A stretch of DNA of 64,000 nt. Source: an uncultured Candidatus Binatia bacterium (lineage in GTDB: Bacteria; Desulfobacterota; Binatia; Bin18). The stretch is from contig OZ243961.1 in NCBI GenBank assembly GCA_965214605.1, forward strand, positions 3,232,001-3,296,000, given 5' to 3'. The translations under genes were made by a program, and so were the position numbers. Position 1 is the first letter of the stretch. Every line of letters begins with the position of its first letter. Shown here piece after piece: positions 47,537 to 57,081 of this stretch. The notes beneath the pieces were generated by a model. It was not told the origin of the DNA, ran no database searches, and was given only the letters and a program-made list of their open reading frames with translations.

Positions 47537-48994
47537 TCAGTAGCGCTCAAGCCAAGCCTCGACCAGCGCGCGCTCAAACCTTCTGGCCCGTCTAGCCCAG
47601 GCTGCGGCTTCGGGTGGGCTCGTCGCAATTCGGCGGTCAGACTCAGCGTCAAGGGCGGCGCGCCGGGCGAAATCCGTCAACAGAATAACAAAGCTCAGCC
47701 GTCGGCCGCCGCGAGTGACCATGTAGCCGGCCAGGCCAGCGGCGTAGTGCATTGTGCCAGATTTTGCTCTGACGCTCTGCCGACTCACCTGAGTCCAGTC
47801 GCTTGCCGGGAGCAGCTCCACAAAATTCGCTCCAGGCGTTCGGTCTGTTGCGATCGGCCGCCAGCCGTAGCCGAGAATAGCGGCGAGTTGACGGGGGGTG
47901 TGGCGTGAGCGGCTGCTCAGGCCGGAGTGATTACGACTGATAAAAGTCTGCCAATCGGTATCCGGCAACCGCTGACGATACCAGGCGGCTAGAGCCGTGG
48001 CCGATTCGTGGAGTGCTGCGGGTCGGCCGAGCAGGTGGCGGCTGGCCACCTGGCCGATCAGTTCTGCCGATAGATTGTTGCTGTGGCGCAGGGTGCCGGC
48101 AACGATGTGGGACAGGGCTGGGCTGGCGTGGGTATACACCGGGCGGGCGCGCTGGGGGGTAAGGCCCGATTGCGGAAGGGGCAGTTCAATGCCGTTGTTT
48201 TGACACAAAGTGCGGAAGATGAGGGCGGTGACACGGCCCGGGGCTGTCCGGACCGGCAGGGTCTCCCAGCCGTCGGTTGGCAGATGACGGGAGAGCAGCC
48301 AGCGGTCAAGCGGTGCGGCGGTATGAAGAAACTGTATGCGGGGGTCGAGTCCCGGGGCTTGGGGCCCGGTTTGGATAGCGTGTACCCGCAGGCTGCCGCT
48401 GTCGGCCGGCGACCAGACGCTAGTCCGAAAGTCTGGACTGCCCGCCCTATGCTGCCAGCGGAGCTGCACACGGTTGTAATTCAAGGACAGTGCGCTGAGA
48501 CCGGGATTATAGGACGCCGCGGTCGGCTGTTGGTCGTTGATGGCGGAGGTGGACGGCAAAAAACTGTCGTCAAAAACAAAACGCCCGGCCACACGCTGAA
48601 TACCGGCATTCTTGAGCGCTTCTACAAAGTGGTGCAGATCATCGCTCGACAGCGACGGGTCCCCGCCGCCCCGCAGATACAGGTCTCCGCGCAGACTGCC
48701 GCCCCGCACAGAACCGTCTTGCAGCAGCACGGTGGTAAACCGATACTCGGAGCCCAGCAGGTGGAGGGCTGCTAGGGCGACGACGATTTTTGTTGTTGAG
48801 GCTGGGATGCGGGGGATGTCGGCGAGGTGGGCTTCCAGGACGGTTCCCCGAGCAGGATCAAAGACGATAGAGCCAATAGCGGTGGAACTGAAGCGGTAGC
48901 GACGGGCCAGGGTCTCGGTCAGCGCCGCCTCGGCGCTAGGGCCAAGCAGCACCAGGCTTGTCAGGGTCAAGGCCAACAGGTACCGGACAGGCAT
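47537..48994 (-). CDS. dacB: D-Ala-D-Ala carboxypeptidase/endopeptidase (PBP4, peptidase S13)
   Basis: PASTTK (SxxK), GGGDP, SNN, HSGLS, KSGT; signal peptide. Confidence 0.9.
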   Translation of the reverse strand: MPVRYLLALTLTSLVLLGPSAEAALTETLARRYRFSSTAIGSIVFDPARGTVLEAHLADIPRIPASTTKIVVALAALHLLGSEYRFTTVLLQDGSVRGGSLRGDLYLRGGGDPSLSSDDLHHFVEALKNAGIQRVAGRFVFDDSFLPSTSAINDQQPTAASYNPGLSALSLNYNRVQLRWQHRAGSPDFRTSVWSPADSGSLRVHAIQTGPQAPGLDPRIQFLHTAAPLDRWLLSRHLPTDGWETLPVRTAPGRVTALIFRTLCQNNGIELPLPQSGLTPQRARPVYTHASPALSHIVAGTLRHSNNLSAELIGQVASRHLLGRPAALHESATALAAWYRQRLPDTDWQTFISRNHSGLSSRSRHTPRQLAAILGYGWRPIATDRTPGANFVELLPASDWTQVSRQSVRAKSGTMHYAAGLAGYMVTRGGRRLSFVILLTDFARRAALDAESDRRIATSPPEAAAWARRARRFERALVEAWLERY

Positions 48995-49016
48995 GGCTTA
49001 CGGTGTGGTGACTGGC

Positions 49017-49793
49017 TCAGCCGAGCCGACGGGCGATAATATTGAGGCGCACATAGTCGATCAGGGCTCTCCCGGTTCGCCTCACGACCGCTTGGGCGAC
49101 TGCCTTGGCAAACCGTCTCTTGTCTTCCGGCGCTAGCCGCAGTAGATGCGCTCCCAGCACGATCGTTTCCAAATAGTCCGCCAGGTGAGTCTGAGATTCA
49201 AGCTCAACCGGCTCTGCATTCAACCAGATATCTAGCGGCTCAAAACCGGCCTGGCGGAGGCGTTGGTCGGTCACCTTGGGCTGGGCAAATTCCCACGGCT
49301 CCTGCCAGCCGGCAAAGGCCGCCCGGAAAGGGACGGCGTTCATAACCGCAGCGCTAGCCGCCCGGACGCCGGCGATGTTGCCCGCGCCGCCACACTGGGC
49401 AACTAGCTGTCCGCCGGGTTTGAGAACGCGGGCCAGTCGGGCAAAGAGGGCGTCATGATCGAGAATCCAGTGGAAGGTGGCGGTTGACAAGATTGCGTCA
49501 ACCCGCTGCGGTAGGTCAAGGCTTAGCAGATCGGCCACGCGGAGGCTGACCCGTCGGTCGGTGTAAAACCGCTCAGCCGCCTGTTCAATCATCGCCGCAG
49601 AGCCGTCAACCCCAATGACCCGGCCGTGTGGTACACGAGCCAGCAGTTGCTCAGTCACCCGGCCCGTCCCGCAGCCGGCGTCCAGCACGGTTTCACGGCC
49701 GGTTAGTTTTAAGCGCTCAAGGACATGTCCTCCCCACCGAGTCATAGGATCGGCAAGCCGCTCATACTCGTCTGCATTCCACTCTCGTGCCAT
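49017..49793 (-). CDS. SAM-dependent methyltransferase (trans-aconitate methyltransferase-like)
   Basis: VLDAGCGTG, STATFHW, LKPGG, DYVRLN. Confidence 0.85.
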   Translation of the reverse strand: MAREWNADEYERLADPMTRWGGHVLERLKLTGRETVLDAGCGTGRVTEQLLARVPHGRVIGVDGSAAMIEQAAERFYTDRRVSLRVADLLSLDLPQRVDAILSTATFHWILDHDALFARLARVLKPGGQLVAQCGGAGNIAGVRAASAAVMNAVPFRAAFAGWQEPWEFAQPKVTDQRLRQAGFEPLDIWLNAEPVELESQTHLADYLETIVLGAHLLRLAPEDKRRFAKAVAQAVVRRTGRALIDYVRLNIIARRLG

Positions 49794-49928
49794 ACTGCTC
49801 CTTAATCATCAAGGCGAAAACATTGTTCCCTGTTCAGCGTGCATTGTCCATGCAGTCTGGCTCTCGCGTCCGTGTTCCATTCGTGTCAGAATAGCCGGCT
49901 ACAGGAACACAGGGGGCGTGGACGAAAA

Positions 49929-50645
49929 ATGGTGCGAGGTGTAATGGCGATTGTCTTTTGCTGTTTGGTGTGCAGCGGCGCGCAACGTGCGGCAGCACAC
50001 CAACCGGTGCTGGAGGAGACCTTTGAACAGTATGCGGTTGGTGTATTCCCGAGCCGCTGGCAAACGCGGGGGGATGAGGTTGAGGCGCAGACAATATACA
50101 AGGTGATGGAAGAGGAGGCCGGCAACCGTTTCCTGCGTGCCTCGGCTGAGAGACAGGACACCCAGATTGGCCTCACCAAAAAGTTTGGGCCCGAGAAATA
50201 TCCCCTGCTCCGCTGGCGCTGGCGGGTCACTCGACTGCCGACCGGTGGAGACGAGCGCGTCGACCGGACCAATGATTCGGCCGCGGCGGTGTACGTGGTG
50301 TTTGACAGCCGCATTATTCCCCGAGCCATTAAATACGTCTGGAGCACGACCTTACCGGTTGGCAGCACGTTCACGAGCCCAACGTATTGGCGGGCCAAGG
50401 TCGTCGTGCTCCAGAGCGGACCGCCGGACGACTCGGCCTGGCATCAGGAAACGGTGAACTTTTATGAGGACTATAAACGGCTGTTTGGCTTTGCCCCGGG
50501 CCAGGTCCAGGGAGTGGCGATTTTGACCGATTCGGATGTCACCAAAAGCAGCGCCCAAGCCGACTATGACGATCTGACCATCCTGCCGGCCGCAGCCTTG
50601 GATTCGCTAGCCGTGCACGACTCGCCGTCACTGCCACGGCCTTGA
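49929..50645 (+). CDS. Exported DUF3047-like protein
   Basis: Signal peptide; P.L.W.W, D.AAAVYVVF, IKYVWS, DYKRLFG, AILTDSD. Confidence 0.75.
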   Translation: MVRGVMAIVFCCLVCSGAQRAAAHQPVLEETFEQYAVGVFPSRWQTRGDEVEAQTIYKVMEEEAGNRFLRASAERQDTQIGLTKKFGPEKYPLLRWRWRVTRLPTGGDERVDRTNDSAAAVYVVFDSRIIPRAIKYVWSTTLPVGSTFTSPTYWRAKVVVLQSGPPDDSAWHQETVNFYEDYKRLFGFAPGQVQGVAILTDSDVTKSSAQADYDDLTILPAAALDSLAVHDSPSLPRP

Positions 50646-50779
50646 CTCATTGAGCAAGACTCTCAGTTGGAGTTGGAAGCCGCTCGGCTTCTTTGCTATG
50701 GTTTGTTGCCGGGCGGCCCCCGTGGCTGCCCATTCCCCGGCGCCCTTTGGGCTGCCCGGTGGTTTAAGGAGGACGAGTG

Positions 50780-51520
50780 ATGGCTGGAAGACTTGAGGGA
50801 AAAGTTGGTCTGATTTCTGGGGCAGCACGCGGACAGGGAGAGGCCGAGGCGCGAATGTTCGTGGCTGAAGGGGCAAAAGTCGTGCTCGGCGATATTTTGC
50901 TCGAAGAGCAGGGCCGGGTGGTGGACACACTGGGCGGACAGGCGACCGGCGTAAAACTTGATGTCACCCGAGAGGAGGACTGGCAGGCCGCGATTGAGAC
51001 GGCGCTTGCCACCTATGGCAAGCTCGATATTTTGGTCAATAATGCCGGGATCTTTCCGGTCGAAAAACTGGAAGAAACCGATCTGGAACTGTGGAATCGG
51101 GTCATTGCTATCAATCAGACCGGGGTGTTTCTGGGCATGAAATACGCCGTTCCGGCCATGCGGCAGTCCGGGGGTGGCTCGATTATCAACATTTCCTCGA
51201 TCGCCGGTCTGATTGGATCCGGTCTGGCAACCGCCTACCACGGGACAAAGGGGGCGGTCCGTTTGCTGACAAAATCGATCGCACTTGAGTATGCCAAGGA
51301 TAATATTCGGGTCAATTCGGTCCATCCGGGCGGGGTCGATACCGCCATGCTCGACGTGCTCGACCCTGAAGCGCGCCAGGCGGCGCGTCAGAGTCATCCG
51401 CTGGGCCGGCTGGCAACCGCCACCGATATTGCCTATGGTGTGCTGTACTTGGCCAGCGATGAATCCTCGTTTGTGACGGGCACCGAGCTGGTGATTGATG
51501 GTGGGTATACCGCCCAATAA
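50780..51520 (+). CDS. Short-chain dehydrogenase/reductase (3-alpha,20-beta-HSD-like)
   Basis: SGAARGQG, NNAGI, YHGTKG (YxxxK), RVNSVHPG, DGG. Confidence 0.93.
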   Translation: MAGRLEGKVGLISGAARGQGEAEARMFVAEGAKVVLGDILLEEQGRVVDTLGGQATGVKLDVTREEDWQAAIETALATYGKLDILVNNAGIFPVEKLEETDLELWNRVIAINQTGVFLGMKYAVPAMRQSGGGSIINISSIAGLIGSGLATAYHGTKGAVRLLTKSIALEYAKDNIRVNSVHPGGVDTAMLDVLDPEARQAARQSHPLGRLATATDIAYGVLYLASDESSFVTGTELVIDGGYTAQ

Positions 51521-51609
51521 TAGGGCTCTTTTTCTGGTGCGGCGGCCAGGACGATCCACAGGAGACGTCAAAGCATCCGGCAGGCTGGAGTCCGGGGGAG
51601 GAAGCGCAC

Positions 51610-52416
51610 ATGGCATACGAAACCTTTACGCTCGAACGCTCAGGGCCGATTGTGACGGTCGGTTTCAACCGCCCGGAGAAGCTGAATCCGATCAATGAGA
51701 AAGTCCTGCGCGAGTTCCTGGCGATTGCCTACGAACTTCAGGAGGACGAAGACTCACGAGTCGTGGTTCTGACCGGTCACGGCCGGTCGTTCAGCGTTGG
51801 GGCCGATATGGCCGCCCTGTCGGCCGGGTCCAAGGTCGAGGCCCAGGTCCAACAGACCGACACCGCCAAGCTGCGCCTAGCCAAACTCGGCTGGCGAGTC
51901 ATGGACGAGTGGGAACGTCTGGACCAGATCAGCATTGCGGCCGTTAACGGCTTTGCCGTGGGCGGTGGGGTGTCGCTGGCCATGGCCTGTGACTTTCGGA
52001 TTGCGGCCAGCGGGGCCCGGATGTGGCTGCCCGAAGTACGGCTCGGCGTGCCCTATATGTGGGGCTCGATTACCCGCATGATCAATCTCATTGGCATGGC
52101 CAAGGCCAAAGAGCTCATCATGACCTGTGACGAACTCACGGCTGAGGAAGCCCTGGAAGTCGGCCTCGTCAATCAGGTCGTGCCGCTTGAGCAGTTAAAC
52201 GAAGCAGTCCGGGCTTTTGCCGACAAACTCCTCAACAAGCCGCCCATGGCCCTGCGCCGGACCAAGGAGTTTTTTAAGGCCCTGACGACCAATAAGGCCG
52301 GCGATATCACCTATGCCGACGCCCATCTGGGCTTGGCCTGCATGATGGGAGACGACATGCGTGAGGCGGTGGCCGCTTTTCGTGACAAACGCGAGCCGGT
52401 GTTCTTGAACCGCTAA
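51610..52416 (+). CDS. Enoyl-CoA hydratase/isomerase family protein
   Basis: FNRPEKLN, FSVGAD, AVNGFAVGGG, PEVRLG. Confidence 0.92.
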   Translation: MAYETFTLERSGPIVTVGFNRPEKLNPINEKVLREFLAIAYELQEDEDSRVVVLTGHGRSFSVGADMAALSAGSKVEAQVQQTDTAKLRLAKLGWRVMDEWERLDQISIAAVNGFAVGGGVSLAMACDFRIAASGARMWLPEVRLGVPYMWGSITRMINLIGMAKAKELIMTCDELTAEEALEVGLVNQVVPLEQLNEAVRAFADKLLNKPPMALRRTKEFFKALTTNKAGDITYADAHLGLACMMGDDMREAVAAFRDKREPVFLNR

Positions 52417-52418
52417 GT

Positions 52419-52448
52419 GCTATGTTTTGCGCTAGCGCAAAACATAGC
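52419..52448. repeat. Perfect 30-bp palindrome
   Basis: GCTATGTTTTGCGCTAGCGCAAAACATAGC equals its own reverse complement. Confidence 0.9.
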
Positions 52449-52516
52449 CGCACGTTGCTGAACTGCCAGGGTTTGGCGGAATCGTGAATGCCAGAACAAA
52501 AGGAGTATGAAACCAT

Positions 52517-53386
52517 ATGGTCCAGGCTCAATCGCTACGGGCTCTCTTAGCCCAAGATCGACTCTTTATGGCGGCCGGTGCCTATGACGTGATCTCGGCG
52601 CGGCTGGTTGAAGAGGCCGGTTTTCCGCTGGTGTATTATTCCGGTGGGATATCGGCCGGGGCGCTTGGCTATCCCGATTTTGGGATGCGGACCCTGACCG
52701 AGATGGTCATGCAGCTAGAAGGGGTGTGTCGGGCGGTGAGTGTCCCGGTGATTGCCGATGCTGAGGCCGGCTTTGGCACGCTGCTCAACGTTGTACGCAT
52801 GGTCCAGGAGTACGAGCGGATCGGCGTTGCCGGGCTGCATCTCGAGGACCAGGACCTGCCCCGCCGGTGTGGTCACTTGGGCGGCAAGCTGTTGGTGTCG
52901 GCCCAGGATCACGCGACGAAAATTCGGGTTGCGGTCGAGAACCGCAGCCATGACAACACGCTGATTATCGCTCGCATCGATGCCATTGCGGTCAGCGGCT
53001 TTGACGACGCCCTAGCCCGGGCCGACGCCTATCTCGAAGCCGGGGCTGATTGCCTGTTTTTTGAGGCGTTTGAGTCGGTCAAGCAGATGGAGACGGCGTG
53101 CCGTCGCTTCTCTGACATTCCGCTCCTGATCAACATGGTTGAGGGCGGGAAAACGCCTTTCTTGCCGGCGCCGGATCTGGCTGATATGGGCTTTCGGATT
53201 GCAATCTATCCGGTGGCCGGGGTGTTGGCCGCCGCCTACCAGATGAAAAAAGTGTACGCGACGCTCAAAGAGACCGGGACAACCCAGGGACTCTGGCACG
53301 AAATGCTACCGTTTACCGAGGTGGTCAACGGGCTGCTGGGTTGGGATCAGGCACTTGAGTTTATCGATCGATATACCCAGAAGTAG
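52517..53386 (+). CDS. Isocitrate lyase / PEP mutase family protein (PrpB-like)
   Basis: GAYD..SA, ADAEAGFG, EDQDLPRRCGHLGGK, NMVEGGKTP. Confidence 0.92.
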   Translation: MVQAQSLRALLAQDRLFMAAGAYDVISARLVEEAGFPLVYYSGGISAGALGYPDFGMRTLTEMVMQLEGVCRAVSVPVIADAEAGFGTLLNVVRMVQEYERIGVAGLHLEDQDLPRRCGHLGGKLLVSAQDHATKIRVAVENRSHDNTLIIARIDAIAVSGFDDALARADAYLEAGADCLFFEAFESVKQMETACRRFSDIPLLINMVEGGKTPFLPAPDLADMGFRIAIYPVAGVLAAAYQMKKVYATLKETGTTQGLWHEMLPFTEVVNGLLGWDQALEFIDRYTQK

Positions 53387-53415
53387 AGGCGGCCCGCGTA
53401 TCGCCGTCGTTTTGA

Positions 53416-55074
53416 TTGCACTCTTCCCCCATGGCCGTTCCTGCCAAACCCCACCCGGCGCTCCATGACCAGCTTCGCCAACTCAGCGGCCTGTCGGCTA
53501 AACATCGCCAAGAACGTATCCTGGCCTCACCCCACAGCCTGGACCTGGCCCGCGGTCTGTCGTCGGAGAGCCTGTTTTATACCCTCAAAGAGATTGGCCT
53601 GACCGACGCGGTTGGGCTGCTGGGGCTGGCCTCGCCCGAGCAGGTACGGGATATGGTGGACCTCGATTGCTGGCGCCGGGACCGTTTGGACGCGAGGCGG
53701 ATTTTGAGTTGGTTGATGTTTCTGAATGAGGCCGGCAGCGGCAAGGTGGCCGAGTGGGCCTTGCACGCCGATGTCGAGCTGCTGGTCTGGTTGGTCAAGC
53801 GCCACTGCGAGGTGGTGCGCAAGGCGGATATTGAGGACGAGCCCGATTTTAATCCCAGCCGTTATTTTAGCTTTGACGACCAGTATTTGCTCCGTTTTGT
53901 CGGAGATGAAGAGCCGATTTTAGCCCTGCTGCTGGAACGGCTGCGGGTTCTTGATTACCGGTTTTATACCCATATCCTGGAGCAGAGTTTGTTTGAGCTT
54001 GAGACACAGCTCGAAGAAGAAGCCTTGCGCTGGCGAACAGCGCGCCTGGCCGATCGGGGTTATCCCGACTTTGAGCAGGCCCAGGAGATCTTTCGGCCCG
54101 TGCTGCCCCACACTGTACGGCCCGAGCAATATCGGCGGACAGGACTCCGGCCGTTGCGCTTTGCTGACGCAGAAGAGGTGATCGCGCCCGATCACGCCGT
54201 GCTCTTAGTGTCTGAACCCCACTCCTTTTTTGGCACTGCCCTGTCGGCTGCCGATCCAAGCATCCGGGAGCAAGTGAGCACCGAGCTGGCCTATTTGACC
54301 AACCATGTGGTCATGGCCGAGGCGTGTGATACCGGAGAGCTGAGTGAGGTCCGCCGGTGTGCCGAACTCGTGCACGATGTGGTCAATATTGGACTTGAAT
54401 ACGCGGCCGAGGGCAACGCGGCCCAAGCCGCCCACCTCGTGCAAGACACCCAACTCCGCGCATTTTTCCAGATCGGCTGGAGCTTGGTGCTTGGCCTCCA
54501 TCAGCAGGCGAAACACCTGGAGACGGTTCTCCAACAGGAGCTTGAGACGGACTGGCAGCGCTCTGTGGACACGCCTTTCCGTGAAACCTACGCTGGCGTG
54601 CGACGCCCCATGCCGGTCTTTTTTCAGGGCCTGGAAACACCGGGTGAGGTCTTGTACCGCCGCTTTCGGAATCTTGCCGATGTCCGGTGGGTAGAAACCG
54701 TCCTGGTCCATATCCCACTCTGGTTTGCCGCGCTGCGGCCCTGGGTCGATGTGGCCAACGGCCAGCAGGCCACCCTCAGCCTGGAAGCCGTGTGGAACAC
54801 GGCTTTTATCAATTGGGTGGCGGCCCACGAGTTTGCCGTTCAGCCGCTGCGACGGATGGATGTGGAGGATTTTCAGCGGGCGTTTGAGGACACGCCTTTT
54901 GATGAACGCTATGCTGAGTTTCTGGGCCTGGCGGCAAGACACTTGGCCTGGAGTGCGGACGAGGAGACGGCCATGCAGGTCTTGGCTGAGGCTGCCCGCC
55001 CCAAGCTGCAAGAAGTTGTCGAGGTGCCTGAGGTGGATTTCAGATTCATGGCCGGACTTTTCCTCCAAGGGTGA
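53416..55074 (+). CDS. Conserved hypothetical protein (DUF6178-like)
   Basis: LFYTLKEIGLTDA...ASPEQ...DLDCW and WRTARLADRGYP motifs; family name recalled, not searched. Confidence 0.65.
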   Translation: MHSSPMAVPAKPHPALHDQLRQLSGLSAKHRQERILASPHSLDLARGLSSESLFYTLKEIGLTDAVGLLGLASPEQVRDMVDLDCWRRDRLDARRILSWLMFLNEAGSGKVAEWALHADVELLVWLVKRHCEVVRKADIEDEPDFNPSRYFSFDDQYLLRFVGDEEPILALLLERLRVLDYRFYTHILEQSLFELETQLEEEALRWRTARLADRGYPDFEQAQEIFRPVLPHTVRPEQYRRTGLRPLRFADAEEVIAPDHAVLLVSEPHSFFGTALSAADPSIREQVSTELAYLTNHVVMAEACDTGELSEVRRCAELVHDVVNIGLEYAAEGNAAQAAHLVQDTQLRAFFQIGWSLVLGLHQQAKHLETVLQQELETDWQRSVDTPFRETYAGVRRPMPVFFQGLETPGEVLYRRFRNLADVRWVETVLVHIPLWFAALRPWVDVANGQQATLSLEAVWNTAFINWVAAHEFAVQPLRRMDVEDFQRAFEDTPFDERYAEFLGLAARHLAWSADEETAMQVLAEAARPKLQEVVEVPEVDFRFMAGLFLQG

Positions 55075-55103
55075 GTGTCCCCCTCTCTTCCTCCCGGGGT
55101 CGG

Positions 55104-55925
55104 TCAGGTTGCGCTGTCGTCCGCGTTTGGTGGGTGCAGCCTCCTGAGAGCGGCGGTCGCCGCTCGGGCCAAACTGGGGTCTTGTCCGTCCACCGCTTGG
55201 CCGAGGGCGTGGACGACTGCTGGCGAGCGGACGCCGCGCTGACCTAGGGTGGCCGCGCTGGCGCGGCGCACGCCGCTATCCGGGTCGGTTGCCAAAATCC
55301 GGAGTACGGCTGACTCAATGTTGCTCCCACCGGGTGGGCATTTGCCGAGGCACGACAGTCCGGCTAGTCGAACGCCGGGCTGCTGATCGCTGAGACTTGA
55401 CAGGTAGATCTGCTGGGCCGCCGGAGCGGTCTGATTGGCATCCCGCAGACAATAGAGCGCCATGCGGCGTTGAACCGGATTGCCGCTGCGGGCGACGTCG
55501 AGCAGTCTGGTCAGCACCAATGCATGGCGCTCTATGAGCCGCAGCAGGGCGGTGGCGGCCGCCCAGCGTAGGTCGCTCTCTTGGTGACCCAGATTCTCAA
55601 TCAGGGCTGGCAGGGGTCGGGGGTCGGAGAGTGGAATCTGGGATAGGGTGTAGGCGGCCGTCCAGCGGATACGTGGCTGAGGATCGGTCAGTTTGTCGTA
55701 CAGCGCCTCGACAATGGTGGGCTGGGGGGCAGAGAAACGGACGAGCTGCCGGGCCGCCTCGCGTTGGACGGCTTTGGTGTGATCGCCTAGGCAGCCGAGC
55801 AGGGCGTCTATGAGCTGTGACGGGAGGACGAGGGTGTCGCTGGCCCGTTGCAACTCGGCCAGGCCGGCTAGGCGGGTGCGGAAATTGTCTAGGCTGAGCT
55901 GGGCGGAGAGGCGGTTAACGTCCAT
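55104..55925 (-). CDS. HEAT-repeat protein
   Basis: Repeated D....VR..AA..L units (e.g. DPQPRIRWTAAYTL, DPDSGVRRASAATLG). Confidence 0.85.
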   Translation of the reverse strand: MDVNRLSAQLSLDNFRTRLAGLAELQRASDTLVLPSQLIDALLGCLGDHTKAVQREAARQLVRFSAPQPTIVEALYDKLTDPQPRIRWTAAYTLSQIPLSDPRPLPALIENLGHQESDLRWAAATALLRLIERHALVLTRLLDVARSGNPVQRRMALYCLRDANQTAPAAQQIYLSSLSDQQPGVRLAGLSCLGKCPPGGSNIESAVLRILATDPDSGVRRASAATLGQRGVRSPAVVHALGQAVDGQDPSLARAATAALRRLHPPNADDSAT

Positions 55926-56958
55926 AGGCGTGTACGATTGTTTCTGGAATGACCCGAAGATGTTTAGGGCCTAAAAGATAATGCTCGGGGTGCAGGAAGA
56001 GTTGGTCTAGTGCCTGCTCGAGTGCAGGATAGGTCACGGGTTGTCCGCTGAGACGGGACTGGAGGAGCCTGACGGTGTGGGCCGGGGCAATAAAATCTCC
56101 GCTCAGACACAGCTCGGATAGGGTCCGCTGGGGACTCACGCCAAAACCGAGAGTGAGGCTGCCGAGGGGTGTAGGGACACTGGGCCGAAAGGGGAGATCG
56201 TGGCGGGTCGGCCAGTTGTAGAGCCAGGGGTCGGCCGCGGCTGTGTGGGCTAGGCGGGCGATGTGCTCCTGCTCGGTCTGATTCAGATCTTGGGTGATAC
56301 AGGGCGTAGCCAGCTGAGAAAAGCCGTGCTGCAAGAAACGGGCTACCTGGGCCAGCGAGGGCGGCCTCCCGGCCACCCGCTCCAGACTGGTGACCTGGGT
56401 GGGGGCAAAAAATTGGCTGACGATCGTTCCGTGCGGATCAACCCTGTCCAGCAGAGTGGGCAGGAGGCTGAAATCGCGCTCCACGGCCAGGAGCCCCTCG
56501 ATCAGCACAGCGCCGTTCTCTTCGCTGCTAAACGAGACCCAGCCCACCGTCCGGCGGTCGACGGTGAGAAAATCTCGGCCCGGATAGAAGACATTGACCC
56601 CGACCGCCTTAAAGCCGTGCAGGACGCCGCGGACGTAGCGATTGAGAACTTGAAACGGCGCCAGGTAAAACGGGTCATTCGAGAAAAAAGCCGAGCGGTG
56701 GGGGAGGATCAGGGAGAAGTTCACGAACCCCTGTCCACTCGGCGTGACTCGGCTTCCACTCACGCGGCGACTGACGGTCACCCGCCCGGTCTCGGTCAGG
56801 GGTTCGACGGCGTGGTAGCGACCGAGTACGACGACGTCGCCCGGATGGGTGTAGACTCGCAAGACTGCGGTGTTGTCCACCGTTTGGAGAAAGAACCGAT
56901 CGCTGGCCAGACTCAGCCTGGGCGACACGTGTTCTTGACACACCACGCGCAGCTTCAT
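55915..56958 (-). CDS. Lipoate-protein ligase A-like protein, divergent active site
   Basis: SLASD, VLRVY...VVLGRY, SRRVSG, C-terminal LSGDFIA domain. Confidence 0.7.
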   Translation of the reverse strand: MKLRVVCQEHVSPRLSLASDRFFLQTVDNTAVLRVYTHPGDVVVLGRYHAVEPLTETGRVTVSRRVSGSRVTPSGQGFVNFSLILPHRSAFFSNDPFYLAPFQVLNRYVRGVLHGFKAVGVNVFYPGRDFLTVDRRTVGWVSFSSEENGAVLIEGLLAVERDFSLLPTLLDRVDPHGTIVSQFFAPTQVTSLERVAGRPPSLAQVARFLQHGFSQLATPCITQDLNQTEQEHIARLAHTAAADPWLYNWPTRHDLPFRPSVPTPLGSLTLGFGVSPQRTLSELCLSGDFIAPAHTVRLLQSRLSGQPVTYPALEQALDQLFLHPEHYLLGPKHLRVIPETIVHAYGR

Positions 56959-57081
56959 ACGCTCAGCATACGGCAGGTGGAGGGGGCCGGCAATGTGTCC
57001 GCTCAGCTCCGTTCTTTTTTCTTCCCTGGACTTATGCTAACCCTAGCTCCATCCCTAGTCTGTGATGAGGATTGAGACCCT

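Noticed and set aside
56263-57075. Long alternative-frame ORFs (also 18249-18965, 54205-55068, 50696-51616, 2916-3722)
   Set aside because: Antisense overlaps of well-supported genes, as expected at high GC
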